Of a stretch of 64,000 nucleotides of DNA, positions 1 through 12,277 are shown one piece after another; position 1 is the first letter of the stretch; each line of letters starts with the position of its first letter. The notes beneath the pieces are model-generated. The model had not been told where the DNA came from. It saw only the letters and a list, made by a program, of their open reading frames with translations, and ran no database searches. Location: contig OZ316891.1 in assembly GCA_973895155.1 (NCBI GenBank), positions 22,835,884 to 22,899,883 of the forward strand. The letters run 5' to 3'. This DNA is from Marsupella aquatica (taxonomy: Eukaryota > Plantae > Marchantiophyta). The translations under genes were made by a program, and so were the position numbers.

Positions 1-507
1 AATTATTTGCTCACTGGGTATGCTGATGCAGGTTACCTTTCAGACCCTGAGGACGCCAAGTCCCAGACAGGGTACGTTTTCCTGATGGGCGAGACAGCCA
101 TTTCATGGCGAAGCTGCAAGCAAACACTAACCACGACATCATCAAACCATTCAGAGATCATAGCTCTCTATGAGTCAAGCAGGGAGTGTATCTGGCTACG
201 CAACGTTATCAATCACATTCATGAGAATACCGGCATACCTACACTGTCAACACCGACAGAAATCCATGAAGATAACCGAGCCTGCGTTGAACAAATTCAA
301 GCAGGCTTTATCAAGGGAGATCGCACCAAACACATCGCTCCTAAGTTCTTCTTTACGCATGAACAGCAAGGCAGTAGTATTCAAGTCAAATGGATACAAA
401 GCTCAAAGAACATTGCCGATATGTTTACTAAATCCCTACCTCCTGCATTACATAAGCAACATGCCATTTCAGTAGGTCTACGGACCTTAACTGAACTACA
501 AAATTAA
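1..507 (+). CDS. 3' end of a Ty1/copia pol (RNase H), Bianca-like lineage; runs off the left edge
   Basis: GYADAGYLSDP...SQTGYVF...ISWRS...SSNHSEIIA...EDN...GDRTKHIAPKFFFTHE...NIADMFTKSL is a copia RNase H. The KHI(A/S)PKFF variant is typical of Bianca elements. Confidence 0.9.
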   Translation, partial: NYLLTGYADAGYLSDPEDAKSQTGYVFLMGETAISWRSCKQTLTTTSSNHSEIIALYESSRECIWLRNVINHIHENTGIPTLSTPTEIHEDNRACVEQIQAGFIKGDRTKHIAPKFFFTHEQQGSSIQVKWIQSSKNIADMFTKSLPPALHKQHAISVGLRTLTELQN

Positions 508-1530
508 ACACACTTATACTTACAGTGGCTGCGCTCATTTTGCTCAGGGGGAGACCTCGATCCGTAGACTACACCGCGAAGCTCGGACCAACTCACCTCA
601 GTCGAACAGATCTCGAACAAAGATCACAACAAACATCTACAAGAAACGGCAGCTGCGCCAACATGACGAAATGAATGACTATAAGAGAGCCACAAAAGTG
701 AATGACCCAGGGGGAGCAATGCGCAACCTCGCCTGTAAAGCAGCCGGGAACAAATCTTACCGGCCACAGTTCGCCACATCCGCTCCCCGACACTCCCATC
801 GCACACAAGCAAACTGAACAAAGAAGAATCGCCCGACCTCAGAAAGAACGACCACCAACAATGCAGCTGCAGACACCTCCCACCAAAAATCACCGACCTT
901 GTGATGAACACGCCTAGGCCCAGCATCACTTCTTCAGGAAGAAAGTTGAATCCATTGCCCCTCGACATCTAACAGACGACCAGGACCACAACGCGCGTCA
1001 ACCATCTAACGTGAAGAAACCGAGCAGCGCACATCGATCATCTCAGACACGAGTCCGCCCTCCACCCAACCAAAGCACATTCAAGATCTTCGAAGCAACA
1101 GAATGCCGAAACTACAAAAAAGACACTTCCGCGATGTGCATTCCTTCGAGACGACCCTCACACTGTAGCAGACAACACCAAAAGCTCGCTACTGCAACCA
1201 CCAAAAATCGCCACGCAAATTCTCTCACTTTCGAAACTCATACGAGACATTTAGGTCTTTACTAGTTCCAACAACGTTACATAGCATATGACACCCTTAC
1301 ACAATTTTAACTCTAATAACTCGATTACTCATAACTTAACCATGATTCTAAGGTTTTTAGGGATGGAATGGTAACACTCTTTCCCCCCAGCAAGAAAGGA
1401 GGGGGGGTTTTAATGAGGTTACATTCCCCCCCCAAACCACAAACCTCAGAATACACATTTCACATTTAGAGTAGGCTAGAGGTGGATGCAACATTCCTCC
1501 CCGGGTCATGTTACACCCAAGGGGGAGTAT

Positions 1531-1682
1531 TGTAACCCGAGTTAACCAGACCATACATGAGGTTAACTAGGTTTACGCCTACTCAGGTTAGACCACATTA
1601 ACTGTCTAACCGCCTGGCTATTCGATAGCCTATATGTAAGGATATGGAAGGGAATGATGGATCAGTTGTTCTATACCTTACA
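1531..1682 (+). repeat. Short 3' LTR of the Bianca-like copia, preceded by a PPT (1519-1527)
   Basis: AAGGGGGAG-TAT directly before TGTAAC; matching inverted end TTACA at 1678-1682; TATAT box inside. Confidence 0.7.
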
Positions 1683-3263
1683 ACAATTTTAAAGTATAGA
1701 TAGATTTCATGCTTGATTTAGCTTTATGAGTGAACAACTTTAGCAATCACACTTATTCAACCAGGGATAAAGAGAGAAACAAACCTCTATTTCAAGCTTA
1801 GATGATAGCTTGGGGTTGTTTCTTAGTGATGCCAAAATTTGTCTACAAACTCACACAAAATTGCTTATGTCAATTGAATGGACAAAATATCAAGTCACTT
1901 CACAAATAAACACAAATTCTAGTCATAAAAAGCATGCACTGATATAAACATTTACCTTGATGGTAGTCGCCATGAGAAATCTTAAAAAAAAATCTTGTAT
2001 GCCACTTGAGTGTAGCTCCCCCTAGGCCTTATTCAAACATATTCCTTGAATACACACCAAAAAATTCATAAGCATAATCTCAAAACTTACACATTCAAGA
2101 CTAATCAACTATTCTCAAAACATTATATTATTCTATTATTATAAAATCTCTACAAAAATAAGGCTATAACTTTCTATTGATTTAAAAACCATACATCTAA
2201 AAAACAGAAATGAAATTAGTATGTTTCTTCTCTCATGAAGGTGCTTGTATATAAAGTTACTTTCTTCCCAACATGATCATTATGATTCTACACTTATGGG
2301 TTTTTTCTTTGTTTCCATTTGCTATTAAAATTGATGAGAATTTTGTTTTTGTCATTACTACACAAATCATGATGAATAAAGTACAATTTCCATACAAAAA
2401 GTATACTTGTCTTTCCACAAAACAATTAAAAATCCAATGCTATAAATAGTTTTTGAGTTTATGAATTTGTTTGTTAGTGATGTCCACTTTTATCATGCAA
2501 ACTTCAAATACTTTTAAAAACATCTCATAATTTTATAGGCAAGTCCAATGCATAATTATCCATTGCACAAAAATATTACAAAACAATGAAGTGCAGGTGA
2601 TTGCCTAGCTCCTTGCCTCCAATATAGTTTATTGCTCACCCTTGTGATGAATAATTTGTCACTTGAACAAGCGAGGTGATTGCTACACTGAGGAGTTGCA
2701 ATATGAATTACATAGAGAGGTGAAAAAAACATGAGAGAGGTGGAGACAAACAAAGGATGACAATATTATGTACCGCGCTAAAAGCTCCTTCCAAATTCTT
2801 TGCATTGTATTTGGGCACATCATAGAGTTTTGGCAGACTTGATAACCAGGAAAGAATAGGAAAGAGAGTTAGTAAAACAAACAAATACAATATTACCAAT
2901 GTGTAAAACAAATTGAGCTGGATCCACATACTAGTTAATGATAATATGTTACAGCGCATGACAACCTCAGACTAGAGGGGGACGTGACGTGTTGGTCACT
3001 GGTTGGCATGGTATATGCTTTGCCACGAAGAATATTTTCCAAAGGTTCTCTAAAACACTCATAAGGATTGACAAATTTGGTATCGGCGAGCGACACGTTG
3101 CCACGTTTTTACTATATATAGGGGTAATGGAGGTGATGATTTTGGGTTTGGTGACCAACCTGAGGTCGGCTTGATACTCAATTTTTGGGTATGAACAACA
3201 ATAAGATATACTAGACACATAAAAAATTCTGCAAAGAATAGAAGATCCCAAAGACAAGATCTA

Positions 3264-3639
3264 CACTTCACCATAATTAGTGTGACTAACACTAATTCGA
3301 GAACACACATTTTCAGGGTCTTCGTGAATTAGTGTTAATCACACTAATTTTGTGCTAACACTATTTGTGTGCACATGAATTAGTGTTACTATGGTCTTAA
3401 AAGTGACAAAATAGAGTAAAAAAACTATTTTGAAAAATCCACAACAATTAGTGTTACTTTGGACTAAAGATCACTCATTTTTTACAAGCAATTTATACTA
3501 AAGTCAATAAAATCTGTTTTGAAAACCAACAAAAATTAGTGTTACTTGGGCTCAAAATTAGTTTTACCAAAAGTAGTGTTAGTAACACTAATTAGTACTA
3601 ACACTAATTCTTGCATAACACTAATTACGATGAACAGTG
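3264..3639. mobile_element. ~376-bp MITE with CACT...CAGTG termini, TA flanks and many AATTAGTGTTA subterminal repeats
   Basis: Left TA|CACTTCACCATAATTAGTGTG matches the reverse complement of the right end, TA|CACTGTTCATCGTAATTAGTGTT. The internal motif AATTAGTGT/ACACTAATT occurs repeatedly in both orientations. Confidence 0.75.
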
Positions 3640-4020
3640 TAGGTGTATTGTTTTTTAGGAATGCATGGCACACACTAGTTTTGGCGGAGCTGGTCCGTTG
3701 GCTAGTTCTGCCCTGGCTGTGTTATGGTTTAGGTGACTTTGTTCATGGAAAGCGGTGGTTTAGGTGTAGATTGTAGTGATTTTGCTAAGTGATGACATGT
3801 TCAAACTTTTGAATTTTGGTGCAGTGAAAGGAAGTGTGTGCTTCTTTAGGCATTATGCTCAACACATTGTGGAGGTGTTTCATGTTTGTGAGGTTCACTT
3901 GGCTCTTGTGTGTTTTGGTCGACTGGTTTGAAGTTGGTTGCTTAACCTTTGTTACACTTGGGTTCTTCCTATGGACCCCTTTGACTCAATTTTTCTTTGA
4001 TTTTACAACGGTGGGAAACA

Positions 4021-4207
4021 GCCATTTCTTTTTGTATTAAAAAAATTAGCCAAGGTGGCTTCTTACTGGCCTGTGGAGTAATGAAAGTGGCTATTTCATC
4101 TATTTTGGGTTGCAGCAAACTAGCTAATAGTCTCTGGTTAAGAGTTTGTTCATTGGCTAATCCCAAAGTTTAACAGTGTACTAAGGTGATGAATGATAAC
4201 TTGACCA
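4021..4207 (+). repeat. Dispersed repeat: partial copy of the TIR element at 27739-28358
   Basis: AAAAATTAGCCAAGGTGGCTTC...GGAGTAATGAAAGTGGCT...TTTGGGTTGCAG...CCCAAAGTTTAACAGTG aligns by eye with 27755-27930. Confidence 0.7.
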
Positions 4208-4559
4208 ATTGCTCTCTTTAATAGAAACTCACCGAGATATTAACTTCCTCTATAGGGGAATGAACCCCACTCTGAGTCAGGGAAAGTTCCCTCCCCCCTC
4301 CCCTAACCCAACATTCTTGCCACTATCAGAAAATACGGAGCTCTTTCAAATCCATGCTGATCTCCTGACCTCTTGCTCCATAGCTCATAAGCTTTGTCAT
4401 ATGGAAAGTTCTCCACATAATAGAAAGATTGTGTAAACTGCTAAAGGACCAACTAAGCAACATTGATTGTGATATCTGGTAGGACACGTAGGAGCAGGCT
4501 TTCAGCACCATGATGCTCTATAATTTGCAACCTAATGTCATCAAACAATTTATTGTAAA

Positions 4560-5428
4560 TCATTGTTTGCGGCATTGCAGTAGTAATACTATCAGAAGGA
4601 GCTGTCAAATTGGCTCTTTACGTCCTTGAAGTTGATGAGCTTTAAGATGAAGAAAGAAGGTTCAAAGATTCAAGACCATATTGATGGTTTCAATGCAATG
4701 ACCAAGTTGTTGAATTGCAAAATCTAGAGGAGAATTTGAGTGATGAGCAACAAGTTTTACACTTACTTAGCTTTTTGCCCTCTTCTTATCAGTCATTGTC
4801 ATTGCACAAAAAGACTGTCACTTACAATGAGGTAGTAAGTACTCTGTTGACTAATGACTTGCAAAAATAATTGACCATCATGCCCTTTCAGCCATTGTTG
4901 TCTAGTGCTGCTTGAATGTGAACCCTAAGAGGTCACACTTGAAGTCACAACAACACACAAATGGCAGAGGCGAAAGTAAACCTACGAAAAAAATTGCTTC
5001 TAGGGGGAAGTCCCATTAGAGAAAGTTGGTGGTATGCTCGAAGTGTGGCAAGGCTGGCCACATGAAGAGAAATGGTAAAGGTAAGGCAACTAAATCTTTG
5101 TTAGCCAATGTGGCTAGAGCTGATGGAGAAGTTGATTTATTCAATGATGAGTATATTTTGTGAAGCTAGAAATATGTTTGTGCACTTCATCAAGGAAAGT
5201 AAATGATGTGTGTATTATTGATTGTGTTTGCTCCTTTCACATTTGTTACATTTACAAGTTTTTTAATTTCTTATGCTGTGTTAAACAATTTAGTTTTGAT
5301 GGGAAATGATCACTCCTGTCAAGTTGAGGATATTGGGTCCGTTAAGATTCAAACATTTGATGGCGTTGTGCGCACAATGTCCAAAGTCAGGTATGTACCT
5401 AACATGCGTAAGAATTTGATTTCAAGAT
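4560..5428 (+). pseudogene. Degenerate Ty1/copia gag-protease fragment (Tork/Tnt1-like)
   Basis: Broken frames give FKMKKEGSKIQDHIDGFN (gag), CSKCGKAGHMKRN (zinc knuckle) and VLMGNDHSCQVEDIGSVKIQTFDGVVRTMSKVRYVPNMRKNLIS (protease C-terminal half). Many stops and frameshifts. Confidence 0.85.
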
Positions 5429-5671
5429 ATGTGGGCCCAACAAAGTGAATCTTATTCTAATTTAGATAAGGGTTAACTAACCCTACTACGCCAAACTAAG
5501 TAAAACCGAGAATTTGAGTCAATTCCTAACAATCTCCACTTTGACTCTAGTTTACATAATCTGCATAATCTCCAATTTGGCCCTAACATTAATCATATCC
5601 ACACAATATGTAAGGCTATCGATAGGATAACTTTGGTAAGCATGTCTATTGCACTCTCCTTTGAAGCCACC

Positions 5672-5968
5672 CTCGGGGGTCTCACTATATGGGGACCTCC
5701 CCATCGCCTGCGACGTTTTTAGGGCTCAGACCCCCTAAAATGTAAGAAAAATAATAATAAATTTAACCCCTATAAAGTTGGAATATTCTAAAAATATTCT
5801 AAAAATTGGATTAAAAAGGCCCTAATGTTCTTATAAGTCTCAAAATTGAATTTAAAAGACCCTATTGTTCTTCTACAAAAATTCTTAAGTCTTCCCTTAG
5901 AACCAATAAAATGACCCTATCCTTCGTCGCACGTGATATGCCATTTTTGTGGAAGTGAAACCCCCGAG
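5672..5968 (+). mobile_element. hAT-type MITE, copy 1 (297 bp)
   Basis: TIRs CTCGGGGGTCTCAC / GTGAAACCCCCGAG; perfect 8-bp TSD AAGCCACC (5664-5671, 5969-5976). Confidence 0.9.
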
Positions 5969-6798
5969 AAGCCACCGTATTCAAAAGAATCTACTTTGTC
6001 TCAATCACCTCACGGATGAAGTGATAGCAAATATCAATTTGCTTTGTCCCTGTGGAACACAAGGTTTTTAGCTAGATGCAAAGCACCTTGATTTGTCACA
6101 TAGCAGCATCAGTCTTTTAGGGGAAAGACCCAAATGACTCACTAATCTTTGTAGCCAGATCAGCTCCTTGGTTGTCTCACATGCAAGCGGCCATGCATGT
6201 ACTTAGCCTCAATAGTAGACAATGCAACACAGGATTGAGTTGCCAATTTCTAGTTGATAAACCTCCACCCAACATAAACATGTACATAGCCTAGAGTAGA
6301 CTTCCTATTATCCAAGTAACCAACATAATTTAAATCTACAAAACTTTATAATCCTAGAGTAGAGTTTGCTTGACCATCAAATAAAATCGCACAATCTAAG
6401 GTACCTTTCAGATATCGCAAAATCCACTTCACTATAACTTCCCAGTGAAGCTTTATCAAGGTTTGTCATAAATATGCTTAAAATGCTGATAGTGTGGGCA
6501 ATGTCCGATCTATTGTAAATCATTGCATACATCAAAGTACCCACAACACTATCACAGGGTCCAACCAATTTCATCGCCAGTAGATCACTCTGACTAGGAA
6601 TTAATCATTATTTGAGTCTAAAGTGGGAAGCCAATGGAGTATTAATTGGTTTTGCATTCTCCATTCAATATTGGTAAGTACCTTCTCCAAATATTGTCTC
6701 TGAGACAACCATAATTGCCTTTGTTTGCTTCCAGTCGTGATGAATCTCCACCCCTAAAATCTTATTGCCCTAACCCAAGTCCTTTATTGAAAAGTCTT

Positions 6799-7090
6799 CT
6801 CGAGGGTTTCACTTCCACAAAAATGGCACATCACGTGCGATGAAGTATAGGGTCATTTTATTGGTTCAAAAGGAAGACTTAAGAATTTTTTCCAAAGAAC
6901 AATAGGGTCTTTTTAATCCAATTTGAGACTTATAGGAACATTAGGGTATTTTTAACCAAAAGTTTGGAATATTCCAAGAATATTCTAATTTTATAGGGGT
7001 TGAAAATGTTTTTTTCTTACATTTTAGGGGGTCCGAGGCCTAAACACGTTGCAGGTGATGGGGAGGCCTCCATATAGTGAGACCCCCGAT
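6799..7090 (-). mobile_element. hAT-type MITE, copy 2 (inverted)
   Basis: Same family in the opposite orientation; 8-bp TSD AAAGTCTT / AAACTCTT (7 of 8 match). Confidence 0.88.
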
Positions 7091-7589
7091 AAACTCTTTG
7101 GTCAACATTGCTTTTAGATTGGCAACATCAGACTTCTTCTCAGCCAGGATCAACATGTCATCCACGTATAGTGCTAGCACAATGTACCCAAAGCGTGAGT
7201 AATTCTCCATCTTTTGCATGTAAATGTAACAATCATGTTCACTCTTGGTGAACCCCTTAGATAACATAAAGGAATCAAACTCTTATTCTATTTTCTAGGA
7301 CTTTGCAAACCATATAACAAATGCAAGAGTTGACACACCAAGTGTTTGGTCTTCTCATCAATAAAACCTGGAGGTTGAGTCGTATTAATCTCCACATCAA
7401 GCAGTACATGCAAGAAAACAATAATTATATCAATTTGATCTAACTCAAGATCATAGAATGTCATAATTGCAAGTAAAACACAGATAGTAGCAATTTTGAC
7501 AACTAGAGAGAAACTTTACTTGTAGTCTAAGCCCTCCTACTGGGTGTACCCTTTGACGACAAGGCGTGTTTTGCAAGTTCCATTTTGCT

Positions 7590-9572
7590 CTTGGGGGTCT
7601 CACTATATGGAGGTCTTTCCATCACCTGCGATATTTTTAGGCCTCGAATCCCCTAAAATATAAGAACAATTTATTTTCAACCTTGTAAAGTTGGAATATT
7701 CTTGGAATATTCTAAAAATTAAATTTAAAAAACTCTAATATTTTATAAGTATCAAAATTGGATTTTAAAGGACCTTATTACTCTTGAGAGAAAATTCTTA
7801 AGTGTTCCTTTAGAACCAATCACTAGTACAAAAATGACCCCTAAACTGATTTGCTACGCATCGGATGCCTTCGACAAAATGTTGCGGTTTTTACAGGTGG
7901 TCCAATTTTAGTCCAATCACACTTTCCAATGCTCAAACAGTCGGATAGGCGTGATCGGACCGAGATAAAAAAAGTCAAATTCTTCTAGTATTGAAAATCA
8001 GGTTTCAATTCAAAAATAATGGCAAAACCATGTCCAATTTTATTAGTATGGCATCATAAGATCCGAGCACTTTGGAATTGATATGCAATGTGCGATGTCA
8101 TAAAGTGCAAAAGCTCTATCCAACGACCACAAAAAGTGTGGAGGCAATATTTTTTCTCAATCTAGTGGCGGACCAATTAGTGTGTGTGCAGATTTGAACT
8201 CTATTGGTTGGCTAGGTTGTGTGTGTGGTTACCCATCCCAAGTGCTATTCCTCCAACATGTTGCTTAACTATGTGGTTCTTTACTAGTGTATTGTACATG
8301 GAAACTTGACAATTTTGGTGTTTGATATAGACTCTTTGGAACTTTTATACACTTCTAAATTTGTTAAGATGGTCACAGTTTGGACCCATTCCTAGCAAAA
8401 TGCATGATATATGTAGAACAAAGCACACATTACTCTAAGTACATGTCTTTATCTTGCTCTAAGTACCATACCCCAAGGAATGGTCAATTGTTATCCCTTA
8501 CACACCTCGTACTCGATCAGTTGTCCAAGCGACCCCCGAGATCATTGTAGTTGAGAACCTTGATGAGGAATGATCTCTAGTCAAGTAGTGTGAGATAGAG
8601 TAGACTATAGTAAATATGCACAGTCACCCCTGAAGTATCTTGCATGAAAGCTTAGAAGTTTGTGACTTTTTTGTTGATCATATGCACTATGAGCGTGGTT
8701 TTATCTAAGGGCATAAATGTGTTACTTTTTTCATTTCTTTGATAAATCTCTTCAAGCTGCATACCAGGTTGCACTACAATGAAAATCCAATCGATCATCT
8801 TCCAGAACATGCAAGGTATACAATTCAAATTAGAACTTAGTCACTCCATGTGGTCCAATTCAACATGAAATAGACTCTAAAATGCATTTACTATAGCCCT
8901 CATGAGGTTTCCGATTCTAAATAAATTTTGCGCATGTTTTCAATCCTAACTAACATGGATCACTAAGTTTGTTTAACTCACAATTGGACCCTGATCCCAT
9001 TTTAGTTGCATTGCAAATATTACATCCAATTTAATATTGTTTGGACATGCTTCTCCAATCCTTGAGTGCTTGGAAAACTTTACCGATCATTTTCGTCACA
9101 AGCACAAGTTTCCGTTTCCAATTTAATCGCTCATCAAAATTTCCAATTAAATCCGCATTGAAACATCCGATCTTCATAGAATTGCAACTAGCAATTCTAG
9201 CTCCATCGGAAAAAACGTGCTTGAGCTTTTCTTTGGAAAGACGTTTACGATTCATTTAGAATTGAAACAAAATTGGACCATGTGGCCCAATGTTGACTGG
9301 CACGGGCAGTGGATCCATTGTGTCCACAATTGGATACAATGTCTGTTTGAAGTTTGAATGGAATGGTGTTTGTCCAATTCAAGTAGAATGACAAAGTTTG
9401 ATTTGTGTTACATCGGAAAGTGCAGTCGGCGATCCAATTGGAATAGAATGACAACTCTTGGCATAGTTGGAATGCGAGAATTGGACCAGGCCCCAAAATG
9501 TACTAGTGAATAAAATAACCCTATCTTTTGTTGCACGTGATGTGTCATTTCAGTGGAAATGAAACCTCCAAG
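7590..9572 (+). mobile_element. hAT-type MITE, copy 3, split by a CACTA insertion
   Basis: Left half 7590-7820 and right half 9509-9572 rejoin into the same MITE; TSD ATTTTGCT / ATTTTACT. Confidence 0.85.
7821..9508. mobile_element. Non-autonomous CACTA (EnSpm) element, 1688 bp
   Basis: TIRs CACTAGTACA...TGTACTAGTG; 3-bp TSD AAT; TCCAATT/TTGGACC subterminal repeats; no intact transposase. Confidence 0.9.
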
Positions 9573-10545
9573 ATTTTACTTCTTGTACAATGATCTACAT
9601 GTAACCAATGTCTTCCCGCAAGACATATATGTCCACCAAGAACCATGTTAGATCATTCTTCAAAGAATTTATTTTCTTCAACATTGCCTCCATCCACTTA
9701 TCATTTTTTGGAGAGGCCATAGCTTTTTTAAAGCTAGAGGAGTATCAATCCTTGCTGAGTAAAGTAACATGATCAGGATCATTATTGTGCTCAACCACAT
9801 GAACACGAAGATCTGTAACCAAATCTATCAAGGGATTGACCAAAATTGGCCCTTGTGAAGCACTCCAATAGAGGACCTGCACTACTAGAGGAATCATTAG
9901 CTTCCTTAGCGCCATCAAGCTCCATCGTAGTGGGCTCCTCCACCTATTTCTCCTGATTATCTCGGGGTCTTGTCAACCATTCTTCTTCAAAAGTAACATA
10001 TATGCTCACAACTATCTTGCAATCGACATGATTTCACAATTTATAGCCCTTCTACCTAGGAGTAAAGCCTAGAAAACACATTACTTGGGATCTAATTTAG
10101 ACTTGTGTGTGTGCTCAATGTGAACATAGGAAGCACAACCAAAAACTTGTAGTCTAGAGTAATCAACATGTGTCTTATACCACAACTCAAACAAAGTTTG
10201 CATCAACTTACAAGTGCCACAACTTGGATTACCCTAAACTTACTACTAGATGCAATGATAAGTTGTAAATGTATGTACTAGCTAGGTTGACAACTTCAGC
10301 CCAAAAATTGTTGCCACAACTTGGATTTACACAACATGCCATCATGTGCTTTCTCTAGTAACGTCCAATTCAACCGTTTTGCTACTCTATTTGGATGCGG
10401 GGTCTCTGATACAATATAGTGAGTACGCTTGAGGCCAAGATCACGACCAAACTGGTCAAACTCATTGGACTTATACTCACCATCGTTATTTAACCAAACA
10501 CACTTTAATTCCTTCTCAGTCTGTAGCTCCACCCCCAGCTCCACT

Positions 10546-10853
10546 ATGGTATCTTTTTTTTAACGATATCTTGGCTGACACAATATCTTTTTTCTTAATG
10601 ACACCTTGGGCGACACAATATCTTTTTTCTTCGCAACATCTTGGGCTCCACGATACTTTTTTTCTTGACAACATCTTGGGCGACATGACATCTTTTTTCT
10701 TAAGTACATCTTGGGTGCCATAACATCCTTTTTTCTTAACAACATCTTAGGCGACAAGATATCTTTTTTCTTAACAACATCTTTTTTTCTTGGGGTTCTT
10801 CATGACATCTTGGGCTACAGGACATTTTTTCTTAACAAATGTGTCTTGGGCGA
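10546..10853. repeat. Tandem minisatellite, ~33-bp unit, ~9 copies
   Basis: Consensus ACAATATCTTTTTTCTTAACAACATCTTGGGCG repeated head-to-tail with substitutions. Confidence 0.85.
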
Positions 10854-11712
10854 CCCCCACATGTTTTTTTGTTAACTTACACAACCAAGGGATCTGGAAT
10901 CAATTTATTGTTGTAAAGATTATTCCATTTAGGGAGCACGAGGGCAGGCTTGGACAGCAAGGGCAGCGCGAAAGAGCTAATGGCAAGCACGAGTCACGCA
11001 GGGTCAGTGCGAAAAGCCAGCGCCATCCTTCAAGAAAAAAAGGAAGAAGACAGCGCCCGGGCAAGCGAAACAGCGAATGTGCGGCACCTGGGCAGTAATT
11101 GGCCGGGCAAGGCAGAACAGTAACATGCTTTTCCAGTCCAAGGTGTAAGCGACAAACATTTTTCTTGTCCTCTGAAACCGAACCGAATGCTTAATTTTGA
11201 ACGAAGACGGTGGTGTTATCTTTGATTCGAATTAGGGGCAAGCAATGGCATGGGCCGGGAAAGGGCAGGGTTGGCCACTGAAGTTTCAATGTCTGTCTTT
11301 TCAATCAAATTTCATGTCGAGGTCCCAAAGTTCTAATTAGGACAGTAGATGCTCTCCCCTTCCATTGCTGTGTCTCTCTGTCCTACTCCGCTCTATGTCT
11401 CCCCCTTGACCCCCAGTAGGTTGATTTTGTTGATTTGAAGAAGGACGTTTCCGTTTGTTGCATCTCAAGCTAAGCCAAGCCAAGCCAAGCCAATTACCCT
11501 CAGGATCTCCTTGCATGGCAGTGGTCGAGGTGGAGAAAGGAAGAAAGCTACTCTGGGAAGTGGACTGGCTGATTAGCACAGCTTGCCGTAGTACCCAACT
11601 CAAGGACGGCGGTGAATGCTGCGGAAGGATTTCTCTGAGTTCGAGGGGCAGGTTCAGCAGCTGATTTGGACTTTGATTTTGATTTCGATTTTGATTTTGA
11701 TTGGATTGAATC

Positions 11713-11740
11713 GGAGTGGAGTGGAGTGGAGTGGAGTGGA
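11713..11740. repeat. (GGAGT)n microsatellite in the RSH upstream/leader region
   Basis: Read directly from the sequence. Confidence 0.9.
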
Positions 11741-12277
11741 CTTCAAAGGATTTGTGATCAGGCCATTACCAGGGGCACGTCGACGCAAATCTCACCCTTA
11801 TCATAATTATGAGTGCTCCAAAATTCACTGGCTACGTGAACTAACTTCCCAAAGGGCCTTACTCTATCCCCATCATTTCTCTCTCAAAGTTAGGGAGCCC
11901 ATTGACTGGAGCAACCTGGTGGTCATTACAGAATTAGTCCGGTTAGGCAATCACCATCCATTAGCAGTAATTTTGTTAACTGAGGGAGGCAGGAGGATCA
12001 GTATCGAGTGAATCTGGCAGCGGGACTTGTAACAGGATACATAAATGGAGCAAGTGAATTTTTTCCTTATCCCTAATTCAGGATAGTTGTCCGTTGGCGC
12101 AGATTGGTGGCAGTCATCCGGTGATTGTCAAGGGAATTGAGCCCACTGAACCATCCATCTAGGGGCATTAGCAGCGAGAGAGAGAATTTGGTTATGGGAG
12201 GTGGAATTAGGTTCTAGCTGCAGCACACAGGAAGGGAGGGAGGGAGGGAGCAGCAGCAGCAGCCGTGAGCTGTGGAG

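Larger units (their letters stand above)
5430..10530 (-). mobile_element. Degenerate Ty1/copia internal region (integrase-RT-RNase H), PPT and partial 3' LTR (5430-5531), interrupted by MITEs and a CACTA element
   Basis: Minus-strand fragments: KELKCVWLNNDGEYKSNEF...TPHPNRVAKRLNWTLLEK (integrase), GFTKSEHDCYIY...LALYVDDML (RT), VVGTLMYAM...DIAH. PPT GAGTCAAAGTGGAGAT is followed by TGTTAGGAATTGACTC. Confidence 0.9.

Noticed and set aside
1690-3250. AT-rich region with short ORFs
   Set aside because: No recognisable domain, termini or TSD; probably old TE debris.
10546-10853. 33-bp repeats resembling a CRISPR array
   Set aside because: The units are contiguous and degenerate with no unique spacers, there are no cas genes and the context is eukaryotic. 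It is a minisatellite.
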